The translations under genes and the position numbers were made by a program. DNA of 32,000 nucleotides from Faecalibaculum rodentium (lineage in GTDB: Bacteria; Bacillota_I; Bacilli_A; Erysipelotrichales; Erysipelotrichaceae): assembly GCF_001564455.1 (NCBI RefSeq), contig NZ_CP011391.1:2190001-2222000 (forward strand), given 5' to 3'. The notes beneath the pieces were generated by a model. It was given only the letters and a program-made list of their open reading frames with translations. It was not told the origin of the DNA and did not search any database. Numbering within the stretch: position 1 is the first letter of the stretch; every line of letters begins with the position of its first letter. This document shows positions 8,137 to 16,778 of this stretch, piece after piece.

Positions 8137-9162
8137 TTATTTGGATTTTGGTTCCGATACTGCATCAGCTGCCGTCTGGGACACATCTGATGCCCCATCT
8201 TTTCCGGCTCCTGTCGACACCGGCTCCGGTTTCTGACCACTGCCACTGCCCGCTGCCTCTGCATTGAGCTGGTCCCTGCAGGCACCGACCCGCCGGCTGA
8301 CCTCCTGCACATGGCTTTCCACCGATTCATGCGCCTGCTGCATCCGGCTCGCCGCTGCATCCTGCACAGCCTGCACCCTGGCACCGGCTTCGTGCACCCG
8401 AGCATTCACACGGTCCTGCACCTGCTGCACCCGCTGCCCTGCTTCCTGGATATGCCGGTTCACCCGGTCCACACTGGTCTGGTATGCCTCATCCATCCGC
8501 TGGTGCACAAACCCGCGGACATGGCGGCTGTTTTCCTGCATCTTCTGCAGACTGGCCACCGCAGCCGCGAAACCTTCATCCTGATACGCCACACTGCTGA
8601 CAGCCCGCTGCACATGGGCATGCAGCTGCTCCAGCGCCTTGCGATGCCGGCCCATCTCCCGGTTCGTAGTGATGAAATCCGTCCCGAACACAATCGTGAA
8701 CAGAACCATGATGCCTTCCATCGCATGCAGCGGAATATGCGCCACAAGGTTCTCCATCCACGGCTGGAAAACATACGTTACCACCAGCCCCGCCACTCCA
8801 TACAGCGTGGAATTCAGCAGACATACCCGTCCATGGATATTGAACCTGTGCTTCGAATAATCCCACCACAGCCGGTGGTACTTCTTCTGGAGATACCAGC
8901 TCGTGATGTACTCCAGCACGCTGGTGAGCCAGAATGTATTCACAAACACCCAGAACGGATTCATGCTCAGTCTGTCCACAATATAAATGATGAACAGGCA
9001 GCCAAACCCGAAAATCGGTACATAGGGACCATGGAAGAAGCCTGTGTTCACGAACTTGAAATCCTTCGCTCCCACATACAGGCCCTGGACCACCCAGCCC
9101 CCGAAGGAGTACACCATAAAGTAAAAATAAGCATGGAGACAGTTGATCAAAAAGGGTTCCAT
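8137..9162 (-). CDS. Membrane protein with a PF06541-like ('putative ABC-transporter type IV') N-terminal domain and a ~150 aa repetitive amphipathic-helix C-terminal extension
   Basis: The N-terminus FYFMVYSFGGWVVQGLY...KFVNTGFFHGPYVPIFGFG matches my memory of that family's signature. The C-terminus has 11-residue periodicity (VDRVNRHIQEA/GQRVQQVQDRV/NARVHEAGARV/QAVQDAAASRM/QQAHESVESHV/QEVSRRVGACR), then a G/S/P-rich tail. Confidence 0.6.
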   Translation of the reverse strand: MEPFLINCLHAYFYFMVYSFGGWVVQGLYVGAKDFKFVNTGFFHGPYVPIFGFGCLFIIYIVDRLSMNPFWVFVNTFWLTSVLEYITSWYLQKKYHRLWWDYSKHRFNIHGRVCLLNSTLYGVAGLVVTYVFQPWMENLVAHIPLHAMEGIMVLFTIVFGTDFITTNREMGRHRKALEQLHAHVQRAVSSVAYQDEGFAAAVASLQKMQENSRHVRGFVHQRMDEAYQTSVDRVNRHIQEAGQRVQQVQDRVNARVHEAGARVQAVQDAAASRMQQAHESVESHVQEVSRRVGACRDQLNAEAAGSGSGQKPEPVSTGAGKDGASDVSQTAADAVSEPKSK

Positions 9163-9220
9163 GTTGTTCTCTTCCTCTCTCTGTTTTCTCTATTCTATCC
9201 TGCCATGCCCGGTTTCCATT

Positions 9221-9246
9221 CAAAAACGCCCGCATGACGGGCGTTT
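9221..9246 (-). terminator. Intrinsic terminator after the 166 aa acidic protein gene
   Basis: Minus strand: ACGCCCG-tcatg-CGGGCGT followed by TTTTTG. Confidence 0.7.
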
Positions 9247-9285
9247 GCGCATGATCTTCGTACGTTTCTGCTCTTTTTCTGCAGA

Positions 9286-9786
9286 TTAGTGGCGTCTGAA
9301 GAGACCCTTCAGAATTGCCATGGCACCAGCCACCATCAGGATGCCCTTGCCGACTTCCTTCAGGGTTGCAGCCGGGTCTTCCTTGGCGCGGTTGACGAAT
9401 TCTTCGGCCTTGTCCTGGACTTCACTCAGGAACTCCGGATATTCGCCTTCGATTTCGTCACCGATCTGGTCAGCCACTTCATCGATGGGTTCATGGAAAG
9501 ACTTCGCTTCCTTCACAATGCTCTCTCCGGAATCCGCAGCCACGATTTCATCAGAAATTCTGTTCTGTTCCTTCGTGGGAGTTTTCCGGAACGTGGAATA
9601 CTGCTCCGGCGCATCGTTTGTCGAAGGCTGCCCTACATCCAGCGACAGGTCGTTGTCCAGGGGATGTGTTTTGTCATCCTCACTCCTTGAAGTCACCGTT
9701 GCGTTTTCATTCACATTGCTGCTGTTTGAATACGTGCCGAATGATTCATCCAGTTTCGTGATCTCCTTGTGTGCTTTATTGCTCAT
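9286..9786 (-). CDS. Hypothetical acidic, low-complexity protein with a C-terminal hydrophobic tail anchor
   Basis: 166 aa, D/E/S/N-rich, ending GKGILMVAGAMAILKGLFRRH. RBS AAGAGGTaatcaacATG. No recognisable catalytic motif. Confidence 0.55.
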   Translation of the reverse strand: MSNKAHKEITKLDESFGTYSNSSNVNENATVTSRSEDDKTHPLDNDLSLDVGQPSTNDAPEQYSTFRKTPTKEQNRISDEIVAADSGESIVKEAKSFHEPIDEVADQIGDEIEGEYPEFLSEVQDKAEEFVNRAKEDPAATLKEVGKGILMVAGAMAILKGLFRRH

Positions 9787-9915
9787 GTTGATTACCTCTT
9801 ATCCGCCGAACTGTTACCCGGCTCTACACTAATAATTATACGTTCGTAACCCGGCATTCACCTGTCTGGTGACCGGTGTGCCATTACATTCCACAGCAAT
9901 CACACAAACGCGCGT

Positions 9916-10482
9916 CTACCGACGCCTGCCGCCCTCCAGGAAGAACCCGAATGCGGCCCCCGCAATACCGCCCACAATGTGAGCCATCTGGGAGATATTG
10001 TCCGAAGACAGCACACCCGCGAGGATTTCCTGCCCGAGATACAGCGTCACAACCAGAATCATCGTGATGGGAATCTCTCCGCGTTTGAAGGAAGTCATGC
10101 TGCACAGGATGATGAATGCAAAGACCACACCGCTGCAGCCAATGAGTCCGTTGGTCGTCACGGCCATATTCGCAAACGCAGTCAGGACAGCCGTGATCAG
10201 AATGATGATGAGGGTGTTCTTCGACCCGTACTTTTCCTCCACCACCGGCCCGACCAGCAAAAGCAGCATCATATTGCTCGCAAAGTGTTCAATGGATGCA
10301 TGTCCAAGGACATAGGTAAACATCGTCAGGTACGTCCGCACGCTGTCCAGCGGGCCGCGGTGCGTCACAAACCACTCCGAAACATAGCGGTATCCCGTGA
10401 GTTCCGAGAATATCAGTACCCCGAGACAAAGCAGTGCAAAGGTCAGGATCACCGGCGAATTGTATTTCAGGCGAATCTTCAT
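9916..10482 (-). CDS. Rhomboid-family intramembrane serine protease
   Basis: Six TM helices. Catalytic Ser motif GCSGVVFA (GxSG) and downstream His in AHIVGGIAGAAFG; also HASIEHFASNMMLL. Start set at ATG 10482, 8 nt after GGAGG. The ORF-track TTG at 10497 lies inside the RBS. Confidence 0.85.
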   Translation of the reverse strand: MKIRLKYNSPVILTFALLCLGVLIFSELTGYRYVSEWFVTHRGPLDSVRTYLTMFTYVLGHASIEHFASNMMLLLLVGPVVEEKYGSKNTLIIILITAVLTAFANMAVTTNGLIGCSGVVFAFIILCSMTSFKRGEIPITMILVVTLYLGQEILAGVLSSDNISQMAHIVGGIAGAAFGFFLEGGRRR

Positions 10483-10628
10483 GATCATTTCCTCCAAATC
10501 CCTATCAGTGTATCAAAGAGAGTGGAGGAACTCTTCCCGGTTTCGTGATGATTTTTGCAGCGGTCCGGCAGTTTCCGGATGCCGATGGTGGCTGACAGGC
10601 CGATTTCACAAAATGGACAGCTGTCGAG

Positions 10629-11453
10629 TCACATCTTGATGGTTCCGGTCTTCTGATACTCGGACTTCATCCTTTCCACTTCCTGAACCGGATATTTCGT
10701 CACCTGAGAAATCATTTGTGTCAAAGCTCCGCCTTCAACCATGATCCTTGCATTCTCGCGGTTCTTCGCTTCCTGTTCTTTGAGCAAATTCTCTTTTACT
10801 TTCCGTTCCCGCTCTTCCACAATCTTTTCCCATCTCTCATCCACGGTCATCATGCCTTCCTCCTTCCGTTTCAGATATATGCTTCTCTTCCTGATTTCAC
10901 CATAAACCATTTCTTCCGGATTGGAACAAAGCGGGTCATGCATCAGATCCTTCAGAGGCCGGTCTCCTGGCCAGGTGGCATCAATAAAAATCACCGTTCT
11001 TCCATCGCCCAGCTCATGCCCAGCCTGACCCTTCATGGTGAAGGAATGTAGTGGCTTGTCATTCCCAATCGCATCACCTTTGCAGATAAAAACAAGCGCA
11101 GAGTCCTGAAGATCCCCATAAGATTCACCATGATTCAGCATTTTCCGGCCGTAGTTGATGGAGTAGTATCGACTGCGCTTTGCCTGGACCGGCGGCTTGC
11201 AGAGAATGACCTGAAACTCCACAATATCCACACTTTCATCCGCTTCATGTCCCACGACATCCATCCGGGTGGATTTTGAATCCGTATTGACGATGGTCAG
11301 CTGAATCTCCACAGAATCAATGATGATTTCTTTCCCTCGAATGAGGCTGAGCATCAGCTGCAGCGTATCCACTTCATCCTCGAAAAACACGCTGGCATAC
11401 ATGTCATTGAACAAGTCGGCATCCTGAAGAATCTCGTCAAATTCCTTCTTCAT
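10629..11453 (-). CDS. Rpn-family recombination-promoting nuclease / PD-(D/E)XK 'putative transposase'
   Basis: Core ...RMDVVGHEADESVDIVEFQV...KRSRYYSINYGRKML..GESYGDLQDSALVFI fits the D...E.Q...R.RYY pattern of PDDEXK_2/Rpn proteins. Charged coiled C-terminus. Start at ATG 11453 (RBS AAAGGAGcagaatATG). Confidence 0.7.
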   Translation of the reverse strand: MKKEFDEILQDADLFNDMYASVFFEDEVDTLQLMLSLIRGKEIIIDSVEIQLTIVNTDSKSTRMDVVGHEADESVDIVEFQVILCKPPVQAKRSRYYSINYGRKMLNHGESYGDLQDSALVFICKGDAIGNDKPLHSFTMKGQAGHELGDGRTVIFIDATWPGDRPLKDLMHDPLCSNPEEMVYGEIRKRSIYLKRKEEGMMTVDERWEKIVEERERKVKENLLKEQEAKNRENARIMVEGGALTQMISQVTKYPVQEVERMKSEYQKTGTIKM

Positions 11454-11728
11454 GATTCTGCTCCTTTTGCCGGGATTGAAAAAAAACCGAATCAACTGCG
11501 AATACGGGGATGGAAATGCTCTTTGTCTCCATACATAAATTTCTTCCTTTACATATTGTTGATTTACGTTCTGATTATACCGCTAAACAACCCTTTATCC
11601 ACTAATTTTTATACACATAATCTACAATTGGTTTATTCTCTATATCTGTCTTAAATACCCACCAGAAACCCTGTCCGCTCCGGACAATCCTGCAACTCTC
11701 ACATACGATTCCTGCACCCACTCCACAC

Positions 11729-11755
11729 GAAAAAGCAGACCGAAACCGATCTGCC
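11729..11755 (-). terminator. Intrinsic terminator after the GH38 gene
   Basis: Minus strand: GCAGATCG-gttt-CGGTCTGC followed by TTTTTCG, 8 nt after the stop codon. Confidence 0.7.
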
Positions 11756-11762
11756 TTTTGAC

Positions 11763-14459
11763 TCAATATTCCACCAGCAATGTCACAAATTTGCAATGAC
11801 CAATAGGATCTACCACAACTTCGCCATCAACAACCGGCAGCTCACGGATCTTTTCTTCCCGAAGATTCAGTTCATACACATGAGCCGGTCTGCGGACAAA
11901 CCGAACCCGGTCACCTACAGCTTCCTGATGACGGCCATTGTACAGCCGTAACACAATACCCTCACTGTCCTCCGCCTGCTTGATTGCCGATACCACCAGA
12001 TTTCCGTCGGACTCAAGCAAAGACAGTTCCCGGTCATTTGTCCCCACTGTTTCCATCTGCGAGAAAATCAGCCGTCCATTCAGGAACCGCGCATACTCAT
12101 ACACCTCAACCGGTGAATTGAAGTCCTTTGCAAGCTGCGGCAGGCGGGCTTCATTCAAAGCCGCAGGGACAAAGGCTGCACCGAAAGAATACACCATGGT
12201 TTTCAACAGCTGTGCATCCGGTGTCTCAATAATGCTCTCGCCTGAAGCACGGCCTGGTCGATACAGAAGGTTTTCACGCCCCATGAAGCCATAGGTTCTG
12301 AACAGCGTCAGTCGAATGACAGATCCATCTACAATTTCATATTCGCGAACACCCTGCGGGAAAACCGCCACTGTTCTTTCTCCTTCACTCAAGGCTGCAT
12401 AGCTCTGACACGGTTCAATGGAAATCGGCGGCTCCTGCCAGGCATTGGACTGTGCCCAGTTCACAGGCTGTCCCGCAGCCGCTTCAGTCTTTTCTTCCGC
12501 CGCCTGTTCATACCACGCCATTTCCTTTTCATAGCGATTCGGCCGACAAATGCTGCCAAACTGCTGATCTGCAAAATTGAACGCCGTCTGCATTTCTGCA
12601 TCAAACAGTACACACAGTCTATGGGACAGGCCCCGGTTTTCAACCTTAGTCTCAAACCCGATGACAGGCTCTCCCCGCTTCAGGGTCACAGTCATTGTCA
12701 CCGGCATCACCGTATCTGCAATTCCCCTGGAACGCTTCTCCAAATCTGTCGGGACCTTCATATCCAGATGAATGATGGCGCGTGAGACAAGGGGCGAACT
12801 TTCGATTCGCACATCCGCCTGAGAGGCTGAGCTTCGAATCACCATATCCTGTCGCGGCGGGGAGTAGTTGAAACTGTCGCCATCATCCCCATTCTCCTCC
12901 AGTACCGCCTGATTTTTATAGAGACGCCCGGATTGCTTCTCCAGGATATCCAAAGACCCGTTCTTGTTGACGCTGATCCGGTAAAATTCATTTTCCAGTA
13001 CGTCGGACTCCACCAGCAAAGCCGCTGTGTTTTCATCCGCAATCTGATACTGTGCATATCCCAGTGCAGGAACCTCGTATTTCAGTGCAATCACTGCTTC
13101 ATACACCTTCTCCGGTTTCTCTGGCTGGTCTGAAGGATTCAGTACAATGGTCTGATTCAGTACATACTCTGTCAGGTCCCGCATAGACAGAATGGTATAG
13201 GGGACCGCTTCCCCCTTCTCATTTACAATTCCAAAAGAATCCGAGGGGACATAGGTTGTAAAGATACGAACACCTTTGCGCTTCTGCGGGAGGGGATTGA
13301 TCAGTGTCCAGCTCAGCCGGTTTTTATCTCCAGCAACCGACGTCGCGATGAGTCGCCCATGAAGTTCGGCGAGTGCCAGGGCTGTGTCCATCGCCTGTTT
13401 ATTCCGGGTGTGCACATCTTCGTTGACGGTATCCGCAATGCAGCTGCCAATGGAATCATGGGCTGCATTTTCGAACAGCAGCTTCCAGATGTATTCCACT
13501 GTCTTTTTGGGGTACTCATTCCCTAAAGACGCACTGATCACCAGCAGCGGCTCCAGCACATTCGCCACATAATTCTGCACCGCTGTATTCTCGGCTTTCA
13601 GGTCGCTCCGGGAACTGAAAATGGATTTGTGTATCCGGGAATGCTTCGCCATAAGCAACTCACCCTTTACCTTTTCCAGGTCAGGAGCTGCGGCCTTCAC
13701 ATCCCGCAGGTAGTCTTCCACCGTAGAAATCACATAGGTATTCTCCGGATCCGCTGCATTTCTTTGCTCAATCAGCTCCACCAGATTTTTCCGGACCGGC
13801 GCCTGATCAAAGCCATTCGGGAAATAGACATTATCCGTCGCTCCATGGCCCATCTTCTTCAGACATTCCTGTTCCCAGAACCTGGAGCTCTCCGGCTCGC
13901 TCTCAGGGATATTACCACCAATGTAGTAACCGAAGGGAATCTGGGCTGCCAGTACGCGGCTGCCGTCATCTCCTTCCCACTCAAAATCCGTGTGACTGAC
14001 CATGTCATCACAGACCCCCCGCCAGAAAACCGTGGAGTCCATCTCGAAGGAACGATAGATCTGCGGCATGTTTCCCGCCTGTCCGAAGGAATCCGGCACA
14101 TATCCCACATTCATCACCGGGCCAAATTCGCTGCATCGCCGAATACCATACATAAGATTACGGACAATGCTCTCGGCTGAAATCACCATCTGGTCTGTCT
14201 GCGTATACCAGGGCCCGATGACCAGCTGCCCTTTCTGTACCAGATTCGAAATCCGGTCTCCATCCTGTGGCCGCCACGCCAGGTAATCATCCAGCAGCGA
14301 GGCCTGTGCATCCAGCATAAACCGCATCTCCGGCTGTTTTTCCAGAGTCTCCAGTACATCCTGGAGATCCTTCATCAGGTAGACCTTCGACCTCGACGTC
14401 GTAAAGTACCATTCCCGGTCCCAGTGGGAGTGGGGAATCACATGTATTTTCTTTGTCAT
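11763..14459 (-). CDS. Glycoside hydrolase family 38 alpha-mannosidase (mannosylglycerate hydrolase MngB-like)
   Basis: 898 aa. The N-terminus KIHVIPHSHWDREWYF is the GH38 catalytic-domain signature. Size and linkage to a fructose-family PTS match E. coli mngAB. Confidence 0.9.
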   Translation of the reverse strand: MTKKIHVIPHSHWDREWYFTTSRSKVYLMKDLQDVLETLEKQPEMRFMLDAQASLLDDYLAWRPQDGDRISNLVQKGQLVIGPWYTQTDQMVISAESIVRNLMYGIRRCSEFGPVMNVGYVPDSFGQAGNMPQIYRSFEMDSTVFWRGVCDDMVSHTDFEWEGDDGSRVLAAQIPFGYYIGGNIPESEPESSRFWEQECLKKMGHGATDNVYFPNGFDQAPVRKNLVELIEQRNAADPENTYVISTVEDYLRDVKAAAPDLEKVKGELLMAKHSRIHKSIFSSRSDLKAENTAVQNYVANVLEPLLVISASLGNEYPKKTVEYIWKLLFENAAHDSIGSCIADTVNEDVHTRNKQAMDTALALAELHGRLIATSVAGDKNRLSWTLINPLPQKRKGVRIFTTYVPSDSFGIVNEKGEAVPYTILSMRDLTEYVLNQTIVLNPSDQPEKPEKVYEAVIALKYEVPALGYAQYQIADENTAALLVESDVLENEFYRISVNKNGSLDILEKQSGRLYKNQAVLEENGDDGDSFNYSPPRQDMVIRSSASQADVRIESSPLVSRAIIHLDMKVPTDLEKRSRGIADTVMPVTMTVTLKRGEPVIGFETKVENRGLSHRLCVLFDAEMQTAFNFADQQFGSICRPNRYEKEMAWYEQAAEEKTEAAAGQPVNWAQSNAWQEPPISIEPCQSYAALSEGERTVAVFPQGVREYEIVDGSVIRLTLFRTYGFMGRENLLYRPGRASGESIIETPDAQLLKTMVYSFGAAFVPAALNEARLPQLAKDFNSPVEVYEYARFLNGRLIFSQMETVGTNDRELSLLESDGNLVVSAIKQAEDSEGIVLRLYNGRHQEAVGDRVRFVRRPAHVYELNLREEKIRELPVVDGEVVVDPIGHCKFVTLLVEY

Positions 14460-14581
14460 TGTATTCTCACTTTCCTGTTTCCTTTAATCCTCTGCCTCTT
14501 CCTGGCTGCAGGACAGACAGAGAAAGGGCAGGTACCCATAGCGGACCGCCGAGGTCCCGGGCCCTGCCCTGTTGTGATTAT

Positions 14582-15688
14582 TTACTCGATCGTGATATCG
14601 ATATCGATGTCATCCAGACTGATATTAGAGCTGTCACCTTCCACATTGACGTTGAAGTTCACCAGCCAGGTGGATACCAATGCGATGAAGAGTGCACCGG
14701 CAAGAATTCCCACCAGATAGGCCCAGCCATTGGCGATAGAAATGAATCCATAAATACCACCGACAGGAGGAATCTCCGCTGTAGCACCCAGCAGGCAGGT
14801 CACGGCTGCACCCAGTGCACCACCAACCATGTTCACAGGAATCAGTACCTGAGGCTTGACCAGTGTGTAGGGAATCGCACCTTCCGTAATGCCGATGAAT
14901 CCCATGACCCAGCAGCCCTTGCCGCCTTCGTACAGATCGGCAGAGAAGCGCTTTTTGCGGATCGTGGTCGCAATGGCATAGGCCAGGGGCGGAATGCAGA
15001 TGGCACAGTTGATGAACACATTGGGCTGGAAAATGCCTTCGGTCATCAGTACATTGCCGGCCATCCAGGCGGACTTGTTGATCGGACCACCCATATCCGA
15101 GCAGATCATGGCGCCAAGGATCAGAGCCAGTACCAGCTGTGAGGTTCCGCTTGTGCAGAGCTGACGCAGCCATTCAACCAGGGACGCATTGATGAAGGAC
15201 AGAGGTCCGGCCAGGATCACACCCATGAGCAGGGCAACAGCACCCGTCGCCAGGAAGGGGCAGATAACCAGCGGCATGATCTGCTGCATGGCATCCGGCA
15301 GATGAATGTGTTCCTTGGCCCACTTCACGGTGTAACCAGCCGCAAAGGCAGCAATCAGAGCGCCCAGGAAGCCGGCATTGGTGTTGGAAGCCACCATACC
15401 GCCGATCAGGCCAGCGCCAATGGCAGGCTTGTCGGCAATGGAGTAGGCAATGAATCCAGCCAGGACAGTGTTGGTCAGGCCAATACCAGTCCAGCCGACC
15501 TGCTCGATCAGATACAGAATGTGGGTGAATCCCTCAGTTTCCGCATAGGGATCCAGGGAGGTGATGCCCATGCACAGGGCAATGATCTTCGGGATTGCAA
15601 CAACAAGAGATGCGCCGACGATCAGAGGAAGCATATAACCGATGCCTGTCATGACATGACCGACAGCATTTTTAAAAAACTTCTTCAT
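14582..15688 (-). CDS. PTS fructose-family EIIC permease component
   Basis: 368 aa polytopic protein containing GFIGITEGAIPY, the Fru-family IIC motif. Confidence 0.88.
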   Translation of the reverse strand: MKKFFKNAVGHVMTGIGYMLPLIVGASLVVAIPKIIALCMGITSLDPYAETEGFTHILYLIEQVGWTGIGLTNTVLAGFIAYSIADKPAIGAGLIGGMVASNTNAGFLGALIAAFAAGYTVKWAKEHIHLPDAMQQIMPLVICPFLATGAVALLMGVILAGPLSFINASLVEWLRQLCTSGTSQLVLALILGAMICSDMGGPINKSAWMAGNVLMTEGIFQPNVFINCAICIPPLAYAIATTIRKKRFSADLYEGGKGCWVMGFIGITEGAIPYTLVKPQVLIPVNMVGGALGAAVTCLLGATAEIPPVGGIYGFISIANGWAYLVGILAGALFIALVSTWLVNFNVNVEGDSSNISLDDIDIDITIE

Positions 15689-15803
15689 GAGAATCCTTTC
15701 CTTTCTTCAGTTCCTTTGTCAGGGAAAGGTTTCTGATATAATCAATACAGGTCTACTGATTTATCAGAAACCGGCGGCATTGTCTTGGCAGAGACGGTGC
15801 CGC

Positions 15804-16121
15804 TTATTTATTGCCTTTCACAGCCTGTATACACTTTGTCAGTACGGCTGTCGGTGCTTTGATGCACGTAGTGATATTTACCCGGATCACAGGCTTGCCC
15901 TTGAAACGGTCCATGCCCTGGATCTTCTGGTCAGAAGCGATGATGACGAAATCCGCAGCCTGCGCTTCTTCGGGGGTGATCGCATTGACCTGACCCATGG
16001 AGCCCTGCTGTTCCATCTTTACATCCAGTCCCATTTCCTTTCCGGCTTTTTCCAGTGCCTTGGCGGCCATGGGTGTGTGTGCCAGTCCTGCGGGACAGGC
16101 AGAGATACCAACAATTTTCAT
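15804..16121 (-). CDS. PTS fructose-family EIIB component
   Basis: 105 aa. MKIVGISACPAGLAHTPMAAKALEKAG contains the phospho-Cys motif of PTS_IIB_fruc. Confidence 0.88.
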   Translation of the reverse strand: MKIVGISACPAGLAHTPMAAKALEKAGKEMGLDVKMEQQGSMGQVNAITPEEAQAADFVIIASDQKIQGMDRFKGKPVIRVNITTCIKAPTAVLTKCIQAVKGNK

Positions 16122-16136
16122 AATTCTTTCCTCTTT

Positions 16137-16589
16137 CTAAGCAATGGTGTTCAGTATAAACGACTGGAGCATATCCCTGTCCTGACATTCTTTCACTGTC
16201 CGGCAGAAATCGTCCTCCATCAGGTTTGTGGCCAGGGAACTGATCATCTGCAGATGAATGTTGCCTTCATTTTTCTCCGGAACCAGCAGCGCAAACAGAC
16301 ACGTCACATCCTGTCCATCCAGCGTCTCCCATTTCAGGGGTGTCCGGTTGCGGAGAAAGAATACATTCACACGCTTTACATTCTCTGTTCTCGCGTGGGG
16401 AATCGCGAATCCCTCAGACAGTCCTGTGCTGAACTCCTCTTCCCGGTTTTTCAGGTCCTGGAGCAGCGCATCCTGGCTGTCGGTAATTCCGAATTCCTGT
16501 GCCTTGCCGGCAATGAATGACAGGATTTCCTCTTTAGACCCGCAGTCACAATCCAGAAAAATCCCCCGGCTTTCAATCAACTCGTTCAT
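16137..16589 (-). CDS. PTS EIIA component (mannitol/fructose type, EIIA_2)
   Basis: Phospho-His motif GFAIPHART. Start moved to ATG 16589 (RBS AAGGAGGTGcaaagccATG); the ORF-track start at 16649 would lie upstream of that RBS. Confidence 0.85.
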   Translation of the reverse strand: MNELIESRGIFLDCDCGSKEEILSFIAGKAQEFGITDSQDALLQDLKNREEEFSTGLSEGFAIPHARTENVKRVNVFFLRNRTPLKWETLDGQDVTCLFALLVPEKNEGNIHLQMISSLATNLMEDDFCRTVKECQDRDMLQSFILNTIA

Positions 16590-16620
16590 GGCTTTGCACC
16601 TCCTTGCTTTTGACACGTTC

Positions 16621-16649
16621 ATCATACCTGCGGTCTTTTTTCTCCTCAA
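16621..16649 (-). promoter_or_regulatory. Candidate promoter of the PTS/GH38 operon
   Basis: Minus strand: TTGAGG (16649..16644), 17 nt spacer, TATGAT (16626..16621). Confidence 0.45.
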
Positions 16650-16658
16650 TCCAACGGG

Positions 16659-16702
16659 TTTCCTGTAAAACGGAAATGCCGCATTTCCGTTTCAATGGGA
16701 AA
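16659..16702. promoter_or_regulatory. Array of alternating TTTCC/GGAAA half-sites (candidate operator for the PRD regulator)
   Basis: TTTCCtgtaaaacGGAAAtgccgcaTTTCCgtttcaatGGGAAA. It includes a perfect 10 bp-arm palindrome, AAACGGAAAT-gccgc-ATTTCCGTTT (16668..16692). It lies just upstream of the -35 of the PTS promoter, within the divergent intergenic region. Confidence 0.4.
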
Positions 16703-16778
16703 TCACCTGTTTGCCAAACACCGAAAACCGCCTCACTATAATTACTGGAAACAATTAAACAAGGAAAAGGAGGTCCCC

